NCBI GenBank assembly: GCA_965644315.1
Contig: CBFFRQ010000134.1
Span: 1-35,509, forward strand
DNA length: 35,509 nt
Origin: Caecitellus pseudoparvulus
Taxonomy: Eukaryota; Protista; Bigyra: Bicosoecida
Direction of reading: 5' to 3'
This document shows positions 11,701-19,796 of the stretch, one piece after another. The notes beneath the pieces are model-generated. The model was given only the letters and a program-made list of their open reading frames with translations, was not told where the DNA came from and searched no databases. Every line of letters begins with the position of its first letter. Within the stretch, counting starts at the first letter, position 1. Position numbers and translations under genes: made by a program.

Positions 11701-14700
11701 CGACTCAGCTCCCTGAAGAAACGCATGACAGCCAAGACGAGGTCCATACAGAAGCGACTTGTGAAACTCCGTCGGCGCAAGCATCTGCTGCGGCACTCCT
11801 CACTGCCTAGCTCGATCGAGGCTCTGCGCAAGGAGGAAGAGCGGGAACACATGCTGCTTGAAGACCTGCATGCGACGAGGACTGAAAGGAGGCAAGCGAT
11901 GCGCAGGTGCACCAGACTCGTGGCAAAGAAGCACCAAGCCGCGAAGTTCCAGGTACAGCACCGCATCAGGGAGCTTACACTGACCGACCCATTCACTGCG
12001 CATCAACACATCCGGAAGTTGGCTGGGAAGAAGCGGAAAGGCACAGTGTCCTGCATCCAGTCAGTGCTCGACAGCAACGGGACACTCATCACGGAACCTG
12101 CTCTCGTTCGGTCCACGGTGCGGGACCACATGTCCCAAATCATCAGCTCCCCCCCTCTAAAGCTTGCCCCACTGAAGTTCGGTTTGGCCCGGCTACTGCC
12201 GCCTGCACAAGATGCTACCGCCTCTCATGATGCTTGGGTCCCAAGTGTGGACCTCATCATGAGAAAGATTCAGTCACTCAACCTACACCGCAACCCTGGC
12301 ACTGGAAGCTTCCAAGCTGAACATCTGAAGTACGCCAGTGAAATCTTCAGGAAGAAGTATGCTGGTACCCTCCGCCAAGCCATCAGCACTGGCTCCTGCC
12401 CTGAGGAGTACCACTGTGGCGTCGGGACTCTCATCCCAAAGGCTGCTAGCCAACCCGGACGAGTACAGACATACCGCCTCATTGTTTGTCGCCCACCTCA
12501 AGCCAAGCTGTTCTTCTCTGTGGTAGCAGCTTGTGTGGAAGACTGGGTCCAAAGATGGATCTCTCCAGAACAAGCTGGCTTCACTCATGCTCGAAACACG
12601 CATGAACAGATACTGGCACTACAAGAAACTTCTGCTGCGTATCTCCGAACAAAGCCGGACGCCAGTGTCCTCATACTCTTTGTTGACTTCAGAAGCGCCT
12701 TCGATACTGTCAGTCACGGTGCGATCATTGAGATCCTTGAGAGCGCAAATCTCCCGAGCGCCCTACTCGAATGTGTGAAAGACTACATGCGGCGAGCTTC
12801 TGTTGCCATCCACACGGGGCATGGCCTCTGCAACCCCCTGCCGGTGACAAACGGTGTCCCACAGGGTGGAGCCCTGTCACCTCTTCTGTTTAAGATTGCC
12901 ATAGACGTTCTCTCTCACCGGCTCAGAGAACTACCAAAGCAGGGGGTGGCGGGTGCAGGAGTGCCCACACCCCGAGGCCGAGTCACCCACACGCTGTATG
13001 CGGATGATCTGGCCTGCCTGGCTACCACACCAGCTGCCCTCCATCGAATGTTTCTCGAAGTCAAATCTGTGGGCAGTCGTGTTGGACTGACCATAAACCC
13101 CAACAAGTCAGGTGTCATGATCTTGACTGGAGCGCAACATGTCAGAGGCACATCAGCGACAGAGAGACGAAAGCTGGTCTGGAGATCCCGCTGGCTCAAG
13201 TCTGGGGAGATGTTGAAAGTAAAGGGGGCGCCCATCCAACGTACGAGTGTCTACTCGTACCTTGGTGCTCCACTTTCAGAAAACTTCAGCCGCACCAGGC
13301 TGCTTGCCTTGAAGCATGCAACACAATCTTGCACCCGCGCTGGCTTCGCCTGCGGTGCCCTCCTTAGTGGCGTCTGGCTTAGTCCAAGTCTCAAACAGCG
13401 GGTCGGTGCTGCAGCTGTCAACAGCGCCGCCGACTACATCCTTGCCTCTCAGGTCAGCAACTCCGTGCTACCTCTTCGAGATCTTGACCGTGGACTGGCT
13501 ATTGCCTTCTCTAAGGCCCAGCTTGGCATGCAGAGTTCACTAGCTCGGATGCACAATTATGCAAAGTTGGCTGTGTGTGGCATCCTGCCAGCACACATCC
13601 GAGCGACAAGGTTACGCAGCAACATCTTCAAAAAGTTGCTGAAGAACTTGCACAACCCCACGCCTATAGTCAAAGCCCTGTCATCCAGCCTTCATCAAGC
13701 CCTGCGCCAGCTTCCGCCCACCATGGACATGGCCTTTGTCTTTCAGGCCAATGTCCGCCTGGATAGGAAAGGACCGGGAGGAATTCCAGACCCATGGGCC
13801 CTGCACGGTCTCCTTGACCTTTGGCTACATGGTTGCCTCCCTAATCGCCGGGCACTTGAGGCATCCTGTCAAGAGCCAGCCGCGGACTCATCATCCGAAG
13901 CACAGGGGATCGACATCCTTGCTCGGTTGGATCCCCCTCCTCCCAAGGTCCAACTTCTCGGACTTGCTGCCCCGGAGCTGTCAGACCTCTCCCAACCCCC
14001 AACCTTCCCAGACAAGACCTCTTGGTCGATCAGACAACATGTAGTCGCCTCGTTCCTCCATGTTGCACAAGCGGTTCAATGCCAAGAAGTTGGCTACACC
14101 ACCACTGGCGAGATGAAGCGCTCAAGGCGGCCTAAGGAGTTCCACGTTGGGCTGGGGGCCTGCTTCTTTACATGGCTCCACCCCATCCCCTCTTCTGTGA
14201 ACCCACTCTTTTGGGTCCACGAAGATGACCAACAGAGTCGAGTCAAGATCCACCTCTGGCAAACGCTGCAGGTCTTCAATGGGGGAGACACCCCTACACT
14301 CTTCAGCGAATGTCCCCTGTGTCATGGAGTTTCATGGTGTACACTCCATGAACATGTCCTCTTTGACTGCCCCCACTACAAACTGCAACCATCGCGGACG
14401 GACGTGATGGTTGCAGTGCGAAACTTCCTTGAGCGGTCAAATGATGCGGTGAGGGGAGTGGCCAACGCCCAACACCTTGAAGTGCCCCCCCTCATCCTGG
14501 ATGCTGTTGTCCGGGCTGCTGAAGGCCGCTCTGTGGGCCGACCGGGTCGCTTGATCCTTCTTCGCCTGCTACTGTGCGGTCAGTGGCCCCATCGGTGGGG
14601 CCAGCCATCAGCACAGCAGCCTTGGAGTCCTGAGGCGGCCGCAGTCCTGAGCAACCCTCATGTTGCTCTCCGCGGCCCCTCAGGTCTTCTCCGTCCTCCC

Positions 14701-15111
14701 AAGTACTGGAAACAAGCTCTGGCTGCCGCCACGAGCTTCTCTGTATCTGCGTGGGACGTGCTGGTAACATGCATGCTGGGACGTACCTCACAGGCTGATC
14801 GCCATGTCCAGGTACACGCCAGGTACCTGTGGTGGGCTGCACACGGCCGCACGAGTCCACTCCCGGGCTTCTCCACCCCTGACCCAAGCGCTGTGAGAAA
14901 GCATACACGACATGTTCGCACGCGGCGCTTTGAGCGGACTTACTTTCCTGTCAGGGCTGAACGCAGGCCCCCTCGCTCCTTCACGAGGCAGGCCACTCTC
15001 CTGGACTTTGGTCTCACACGGCCCGAAGCCCGTGATGACCCTCCATCGCCCTCTTCCAACTCGGCCATGTCCTCCGAGATGTCCTTGGAAAGTCCATCGT
15101 CTTCTGAATAG
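8737..15111 (+). CDS. Non-LTR retrotransposon polyprotein: putative cysteine-protease-like domain, APE endonuclease, reverse transcriptase, CCHC zinc finger
   Basis: 2124-aa ORF. APE motifs SWNV, LCLTE, AYVP, GDLN, LDHILV, SDH. RT motifs YRLI, EQAGF, VDFRSAFDTV, GVPQGGALSPLLF, YADD (12997-13008), NPNKS, YSYLG. CPLC-x10-H-x4-C at 14311-14370. The ATG is probably internal to the original protein, because copy A has upstream homology. Confidence 0.95.
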   Translation: MREAAAREDDFTVRLGRGGFLAVVFPNTRQFVAAKGKVQAKAPTLVLNAAREIMPLATSLAVNTGDVSSIVTLVKSHLRQASPAAHQDRQHVRQSVPKKGDAAVDKAPIRHNIKTSAQTQQAPGKRKKVRRGQRSKASTASTHSKVVPGRTFADLFKTPPSETTAREKHQHVVPSSPPARMPKLQTEAVVLPSSRVRTGQQTRWDKPSTLDQDSKMQAPVSEDSVPASQTTTSTATTLILTPPASTPESISESDTSLSLSVPDAAPQHIVKVVRMKDCPRVPGSLPTHDIPASSPLARLLASASVYGNRDQRHCVQACLETAAGEKIFETEDLVALQHAATVEAGQRAYRNLRRRAAANTSDSSSSDVQCTMPAGGVMSDCAEDQLEALARLLFRFTPKDSLLQAQAPPVLLPGLHMLLNRMNSGHRALLGGSKLHGGICPQAVMYEDGQDKYFEGVHFAFALHRLQHTDTAHLTLVLVDHDRGVLVVWNPDIPDASVEVSFHNCMERLHADAVEMVYRVSSTPMVGSPSPLKERLRNVMQSLKQDFPPLPFAAEDGELHLKTYIAGQFTRVALPTGRLTRQQASALADAKEHDPLLKLIPQDTDAMPPRWEQGPCTPVGKSGTTSISMVSWNVASSCGNHLHEVIVCAKSASSRSSRMVLCLTEPGGHGTLDTEIMGLQCFRPSPPDRPPGRSEVALLIDRRLRAQRMGDLGLDGRCVVACTIPTTPKPLAIIAAYVPNWHTAQRKKPLADPDTKLPHRQQIWEQLTNAVQHLRTTHMITLMGDLNCHPGQHGVTSWDTSCWRNQSGIPDPTDDVQELATVCEQAQLQPAGVGGQPTQATFQRVLDHILVCPSLRSRLVKPLAVVTTYSSARKKNHRKMILSDHHMLTAGVAVKLPPRPKASRQHSSTHSVPPWWASSTREGLKAQYMHRRHLDASLGPADLHVPGPGDEAEALQSLDALITTSARTTHAQCKSTSPQMIQAFADIPRLSSLKKRMTAKTRSIQKRLVKLRRRKHLLRHSSLPSSIEALRKEEEREHMLLEDLHATRTERRQAMRRCTRLVAKKHQAAKFQVQHRIRELTLTDPFTAHQHIRKLAGKKRKGTVSCIQSVLDSNGTLITEPALVRSTVRDHMSQIISSPPLKLAPLKFGLARLLPPAQDATASHDAWVPSVDLIMRKIQSLNLHRNPGTGSFQAEHLKYASEIFRKKYAGTLRQAISTGSCPEEYHCGVGTLIPKAASQPGRVQTYRLIVCRPPQAKLFFSVVAACVEDWVQRWISPEQAGFTHARNTHEQILALQETSAAYLRTKPDASVLILFVDFRSAFDTVSHGAIIEILESANLPSALLECVKDYMRRASVAIHTGHGLCNPLPVTNGVPQGGALSPLLFKIAIDVLSHRLRELPKQGVAGAGVPTPRGRVTHTLYADDLACLATTPAALHRMFLEVKSVGSRVGLTINPNKSGVMILTGAQHVRGTSATERRKLVWRSRWLKSGEMLKVKGAPIQRTSVYSYLGAPLSENFSRTRLLALKHATQSCTRAGFACGALLSGVWLSPSLKQRVGAAAVNSAADYILASQVSNSVLPLRDLDRGLAIAFSKAQLGMQSSLARMHNYAKLAVCGILPAHIRATRLRSNIFKKLLKNLHNPTPIVKALSSSLHQALRQLPPTMDMAFVFQANVRLDRKGPGGIPDPWALHGLLDLWLHGCLPNRRALEASCQEPAADSSSEAQGIDILARLDPPPPKVQLLGLAAPELSDLSQPPTFPDKTSWSIRQHVVASFLHVAQAVQCQEVGYTTTGEMKRSRRPKEFHVGLGACFFTWLHPIPSSVNPLFWVHEDDQQSRVKIHLWQTLQVFNGGDTPTLFSECPLCHGVSWCTLHEHVLFDCPHYKLQPSRTDVMVAVRNFLERSNDAVRGVANAQHLEVPPLILDAVVRAAEGRSVGRPGRLILLRLLLCGQWPHRWGQPSAQQPWSPEAAAVLSNPHVALRGPSGLLRPPKYWKQALAAATSFSVSAWDVLVTCMLGRTSQADRHVQVHARYLWWAAHGRTSPLPGFSTPDPSAVRKHTRHVRTRRFERTYFPVRAERRPPRSFTRQATLLDFGLTRPEARDDPPSPSSNSAMSSEMSLESPSSSE
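10615..11420 (+). other. Apurinic/apyrimidinic-like (APE/EEP) endonuclease domain of copy B
   Basis: Ordered motifs WNV (10630), TE, Y-V-P, GDLN (11086-11097), LDHIL and SDH (11383-11391). Confidence 0.9.
12286..13266 (+). other. Reverse transcriptase domain of copy B
   Basis: Canonical non-LTR RT motifs in order, including YADD. Confidence 0.95.
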
Positions 15112-15767
15112 GCGGGGATCTGTGCGAGGCAAAGCGCAGAAACAGGCAAGCTTACATGTGTATCGTGGTGAGAACCACGGTCGTGGTTGGCTGTGAAGGC
15201 GAGGCTGCTACATGCGCTGTCCTTGATGCTTTGTTTTCTCTGTGAAAAGCAAGGATATTGGAAAGTGAATGTTGTCAGTACACGTACCTGTGTCTTCGGG
15301 GTCCACAGATAGATCCACTGGCGGCTCTGCGATGGTGCGGGCGGAATTTGGGACCGTGAACAGACGGGCACAGCGTGCAACGCCGCGCGCGGAACTTACA
15401 GGTTCGCCAGGTCCTGAATGATGAGATGGTTGAGTCATCCATGAACAGACGAAGGCCCTTGATGTGTTCTGGGTGGATGGGGGGCGTTGTTCCGGCGGTG
15501 CGCGCTGCTACCACCGGCGTGGTGTAGTGCAGCACCGCCGTGAAACGCCACCCCCAAGGCGGCCACTGCGGCTCAGTTCAGCGCACAGTGGCCCCAGGCA
15601 CGCGTGTAGTGCCTGGCAGAGGCCAAGAGATCTGGGGGACTGATGAATTATGATGCGAAGTGTGGACTGGGACGAAGTAGGAGTGGGCCCGGCCCCCTCT
15701 GGCTCAGCCGACTGAGCCGAGAGGGCGCGGGAGGGACAGTTCAGCATGTATGGGCGGGCGCGGGCGC

Positions 15768-15953
15768 GCCCTAGCAAGCGGCGGCTCATACAACGGACGT
15801 ATGTCCGTGATGGCTGCAGACCCACGAGAGTGGGAGCCGCTGTGGTGCCTACTACAGTGCATTCGTGTGCTGTGGTACGCAAGGCACCACGAGTGATGCC
15901 CAAGCTGTACCGTGCAAGAGTGTGCGGAGGCAAGTTGCAATGCATTAAGTGAG
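15768..15953 (+). other. Conserved structured 3'-terminal RNA element of copy B
   Basis: GCGGCTC/GAGCCGC stem enclosing ACGGAC-gtat-GTCCGT and CCCAC-gaga-GTGGG hairpins. GTGGTGCCT/AGGCACCAC stem enclosing a TTCG-loop hairpin. AATGCATT at 15939-15946. Confidence 0.68.
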
Positions 15954-16011
15954 CTAACCCTAACCCTAACCCTAACCCCTAACCTAACCCTAACCCTAAC
16001 CCTAACCCTAA
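15954..16011 (+). repeat. Short internal telomeric tract between copies B and C
   Basis: 58 bp of CTAACC units with one CCCCTAA and one CCTAA variant. Confidence 0.95.
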
Positions 16012-19000
16012 AGGAGCACCCTTTCACGGCGCATCAACTCATCTGCCGTGCGCTGGGCCGAAGAGCCGGAGGCCTGGCGCCAACTGGCCTCGCGCTGCAG
16101 GCCGGCCAGGCGGTGACCGAGCCGGCTCAGGTGGTGAAAATCTTGCATTCTCAGATGAGATCTGTGATAGCACAGCCACCCAGTACCGACCTGGACGGAC
16201 TCAGTGCAGCCCACTTTGAGGGTCTGCTGCCTCCCATTTCCGCAGGGAGTGACTCGGGAGCCTCTGGAGAGCCGAAAATCTTCAACTTTGAGGCGGTCCT
16301 CAGAGCGACCAAGTCACTGCGGAAACACCGCAGCAGTGGTCTGTCGGAACTTAAGGCCGAACACTGGGCCTACGCAGGCCCGGATGTTCTGAGATGCCTC
16401 GCAGAGACGCTACAGCACCTTGTGAAGGGAGAGGGTCTCCTGCCACGGGAGCTGCACCACGGCAAGGGAGTACTGCTCGCAAAGAAGGGTCAGACCCCCG
16501 GGGTCGCGTCGACCTACCGGCTGATCGTGTGCCGGAGCCCGCTTAGCAAGCTGGTGAACAGTGTTCTTGCATTCAGGCTGGAACAAGCCGTCCAAGGCCT
16601 CATCACTCCGCAGCAAGCAGGGTTCTCCAGAGGCCGCGGGTGCCACGAGCACGTTTTTGCGATGCTCGAAGGACCAAGAACAGCACTGAGAACAGCGACC
16701 GCGACGTGTTCCCGGGACATTGGACCCAAGAACAGCCCTCCACTGGCCGTTTTCGCCGTGTTCATTGACTTTCGGAAGGCTTTCGACTCCGTTGATCACA
16801 GGGCGTTGCGCGTGCTGTTAGACCACCTGCCGCTGGACCGCACCACCAGGCGACTCCTCGTGGATTTCATCGAGAACGCCAGCGTCTGCATCGACACGGA
16901 ACACGGCATGACCGAGGCTATCCATGCGACCAGTGGCGTAGCGCAAGGGAGCGTCCTGTCGCCCCTCCTATTCAAGATCGCGGTCGACCTGGTGTCCCGT
17001 GCTCTCTCCTTGAACCACATTCCGGGGGAGGGAGAGGGGGGAAAACCGACACTGGGGGTCAAGCTACTGCATTCAAGGGGGGACCCAGTCCACACTGGAC
17101 CCCGATTCAGCCACGCGCTGTACGCAGACGACCTGGGACTCGTCGTGGACAGCGCGGACGCTGTGGTGCGCGCGATCACCATCGTCAGGCGGGTCGGGGC
17201 GCTGCTGGGGCTCCAAGTCAACGCATCCAAGTCCGCCATCATGATCATGCGGCCGACGCCACGACTTGCATACCGCATGAGTCGACTCCATGTGCAAATA
17301 GTCAGAGCCAAGAAACGCCTTGCTGCGGAGTCACAGGCGCTAACCGTCGACGGAAAGCGGATCCCTCTCACGGACGAGTACGAGTACTTAGGAACACCGC
17401 TGCAAGCCAAGCTGTTCATACAGCATAAAACAGCTCGTCGACATGCCGCAACCACCTTGAGCATGGCTGGGCATTCTTCTGTGGCGATTTCTGCGGCCGA
17501 ATGGCTCGCCCCGTCGGCAGCGCACCGCCTTTTGAGGACCTCAGTGGTCGCTGCAGCGGACTACACACTGGCAATCACCGGCAAACACTCGCTCATGCCC
17601 AACCGCATGTGCGACAATGCCGTTGGCAGTGTTCTGGACAAATCCGTGTTCGGTTTTCAGCTTCATCCGATGCGCGTCCAACATGGCGCGGTCCTTGCAG
17701 CGGCTGGTATCCCTCTGACACACATGCGCACGATGCGAAGTCGCATTGGTTTCATAGTCCGGACACTCAAGCAGGCTGTGGTGGATTCGCCTGCTTTCAA
17801 GATCCTGATGGTGAGCGTGTGGCAGGGCCGAACGATGGTCGCAGACGTCCCAGACGAGATGGTCCCGTCGGCGCTCCTTTTGGAAGACGTAGCGGCATCG
17901 AAACACACCTTCTATGGCACGGGCACCCCGTGGGCCGTCAGACCTCTCCTTGAGTTGCGCCTGTTGGGGTACCACGAGGGTGTGTTCGGCGTTCTGGCCA
18001 TGGCCGCGAGGTGGCACGATTTGGGCGGAAATCGGGACACCACAGCCCTACACGAAGAGATGCGATCTCTCCAAAAGGCCTTAAAGCTGCCCAAGAACAC
18101 GGCCCAGAACGGCCCGAAGTTGTTCGTCGCAACGAGTGTTCCTGTGGCCTCTGCGAGGTTCGACAGGTCGGTTGACTTCCCAGCCACCTTCACGTTGAGG
18201 CAGCGTTTGGACCTCCTGGAGTCGTACATGTTCATCGCAAGAACGCAAAGAACAGACATGTACCGGGAGACCATGTTCCTACCTGCTGAGTACCCGGGCC
18301 ACTCGCCTCGGGGAGAAATAGGCGACAAAAGAGTGAATCCGACGCTCTCGCCGAGGCCTCACCATTTGGACATCCGAGCGCGAACACACGCGGAACTGCA
18401 TCCGATTCCAAGTGCTCCCTGTAGTGCTTGGACTGCCTGTCACCCTGACAGAAGCCCGTTGCCGAAGGTGTTCATGCTGCAGACACAGCAGCTCCTGCAT
18501 CCGGGTGCTGCTCTGACACCGTATATCGCATGTCCTCTCTGTCTGGACCCCGAAATACGCGATGCGGAGTTCATTTTAGACCACATTCTGTTGGACTGCC
18601 CTTCGGTATCTCTAGAACGTCTGGCGTTCTTCCGAGAGGCAGCGCAGAACATGTGGGACTGTGACGAAGCGGCAAAGTCAACCGCTGTGCCGAGGCGGCC
18701 GACGGCCGAGGCCCTTCGGCACCCACCCCTGAGATACGTCACCATTCCAGAAAGCCTACACACAGCGGTGCAGGCTGGCTGTCAACTGGACGCTGGAACA
18801 CGTATCTCATGCCAGAACACCCGGGCGTTGCTAAAGCGGCTCGCCTTGTGTGGTCAGTGGCCCACGGGAGCACCAGAGTGTGCGGACTGGGATCACGCAA
18901 CTTGTGCTGCCCTCACGGCGCCACACATGGAACGGTTGCGTGTTCCAGTCCGAAACTCGACCCATCTACTGGACCAAGACCCAGTGAAAGCTGCTGAAGC

Positions 19001-19331
19001 ACTGGAGGCATTTGCTGGGCCCGTGCGGCAAAAGTTGCTCCCGAATTCTGGGGGTGCCGCAGACGGCAAAAGTTTCTACTGGCCCCACGAGGTGGTCGCC
19101 GCACCTCCCGGATGGATGAAAGTCCTGAAAACGTGCATCCGGTACTGTGGGGCCGTGTTCAATCACGTGGTAGAAGCTCAACTTCAGGGCGCAGGCGTGG
19201 AACGCGGGCAGCCTGCCGCGGACCTCGCGCGGCGAGCCCGCTACACGGCCGCCACGCCTGCCGCCTGGACCATGCCGCGCCACCTCACTCCCGGGCGAGG
19301 TGGCGCAGCAGAGGAGGAAGAAAGTGAGTGA
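16011..19331 (+). CDS. 5'-truncated reverse transcriptase ORF of copy C (RT + CCHC finger)
   Basis: About 1100 uninterrupted codons. Motifs YRLIVCR, QQAGF, IDFRKAFDSV, GVAQGSVLSPLLF, YADD (17121-17132), NASKS, YEYLG, CPLC...HILLDC (18531-18599). The ORF-track start at 15912 lies in B's 3' UTR and reads through the telomeric spacer. Confidence 0.88.
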   Translation, partial: KEHPFTAHQLICRALGRRAGGLAPTGLALQAGQAVTEPAQVVKILHSQMRSVIAQPPSTDLDGLSAAHFEGLLPPISAGSDSGASGEPKIFNFEAVLRATKSLRKHRSSGLSELKAEHWAYAGPDVLRCLAETLQHLVKGEGLLPRELHHGKGVLLAKKGQTPGVASTYRLIVCRSPLSKLVNSVLAFRLEQAVQGLITPQQAGFSRGRGCHEHVFAMLEGPRTALRTATATCSRDIGPKNSPPLAVFAVFIDFRKAFDSVDHRALRVLLDHLPLDRTTRRLLVDFIENASVCIDTEHGMTEAIHATSGVAQGSVLSPLLFKIAVDLVSRALSLNHIPGEGEGGKPTLGVKLLHSRGDPVHTGPRFSHALYADDLGLVVDSADAVVRAITIVRRVGALLGLQVNASKSAIMIMRPTPRLAYRMSRLHVQIVRAKKRLAAESQALTVDGKRIPLTDEYEYLGTPLQAKLFIQHKTARRHAATTLSMAGHSSVAISAAEWLAPSAAHRLLRTSVVAAADYTLAITGKHSLMPNRMCDNAVGSVLDKSVFGFQLHPMRVQHGAVLAAAGIPLTHMRTMRSRIGFIVRTLKQAVVDSPAFKILMVSVWQGRTMVADVPDEMVPSALLLEDVAASKHTFYGTGTPWAVRPLLELRLLGYHEGVFGVLAMAARWHDLGGNRDTTALHEEMRSLQKALKLPKNTAQNGPKLFVATSVPVASARFDRSVDFPATFTLRQRLDLLESYMFIARTQRTDMYRETMFLPAEYPGHSPRGEIGDKRVNPTLSPRPHHLDIRARTHAELHPIPSAPCSAWTACHPDRSPLPKVFMLQTQQLLHPGAALTPYIACPLCLDPEIRDAEFILDHILLDCPSVSLERLAFFREAAQNMWDCDEAAKSTAVPRRPTAEALRHPPLRYVTIPESLHTAVQAGCQLDAGTRISCQNTRALLKRLALCGQWPTGAPECADWDHATCAALTAPHMERLRVPVRNSTHLLDQDPVKAAEALEAFAGPVRQKLLPNSGGAADGKSFYWPHEVVAAPPGWMKVLKTCIRYCGAVFNHVVEAQLQGAGVERGQPAADLARRARYTAATPAAWTMPRHLTPGRGGAAEEEESE

Positions 19332-19698
19332 TAAAAGCTTGCTTTGGGTTGATAGTGCATTCTAAGATGTTATTCTGAAATTCCCAGTGTCGTAACGCGC
19401 AGCGGGGCCGTTTTGGGCTGCGGGGTGGCGAGGTGTGCGCGGGGTCGCCGCGGCGCCCCCAACACGCCAAGGCCGAAACCCGCGCCCAACTCACCCAACA
19501 GGCGCCGAAAGCCTGAACAACGACGACTAACATTAAACTACCATGTTCTGAAAAGAACATGCTCATCTCACACGGTGACTCACCATGTTTCGTGCAAGAT
19601 ATGTGCGCGACGCAAGCGAGAACTGTGGCCCGCTTCTTTCGAGGAGCAAGTGTGAGGTGAGTGTGGTGAAAACAAGAGGCTATAATGCATTGAACTTC
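16012..19698 (+). mobile_element. Telomere-associated non-LTR retrotransposon, copy C (5'-truncated, lacks APE; more divergent family)
   Basis: Starts at HPFTAHQLI (equivalent to DPFTAHQHI in B, between APE and RT). RT, CCHC and LCGQWP motifs are present. The 3' end is inferred from AATGCATT-7nt-CTAACCC at 19684-19705. Confidence 0.85.
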
Positions 19699-19796
19699 CT
19701 AACCCCACGCAGCCGGACCATCGTGCAGTTTCCCCAGGCAGGGCACCAGCGCCCGAGACCAAGTGCACGACACGTCCCTGCCGCCCACCTGCGGCG

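Larger units (their letters stand above)
8723..15953 (+). mobile_element. Telomere-associated non-LTR retrotransposon, copy B (intact ORF, slightly 5'-truncated)
   Basis: Single long APE-RT ORF plus ~840-bp 3' UTR, flanked directly by telomeric repeats. No LTRs and no poly(A). Confidence 0.95.

Noticed and set aside
14374-15111. Restriction-like endonuclease after the CCHC finger (R2/Dualen type) or RNase H
   Set aside because: No recognisable PD..D/ExK or RNase H acidic motifs in B or C by eye; a profile search would be needed.
15640-15685. Hammerhead-like CTGATGA in the B 3' UTR
   Set aside because: No downstream GAAA core or suitable flanking stems, and it is not conserved in A.
309-19698. 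LTRs, poly(A) tails or target-site duplications
   Set aside because: No terminal direct repeats or A-tails. TSDs are undetectable inside tandem telomeric repeats.
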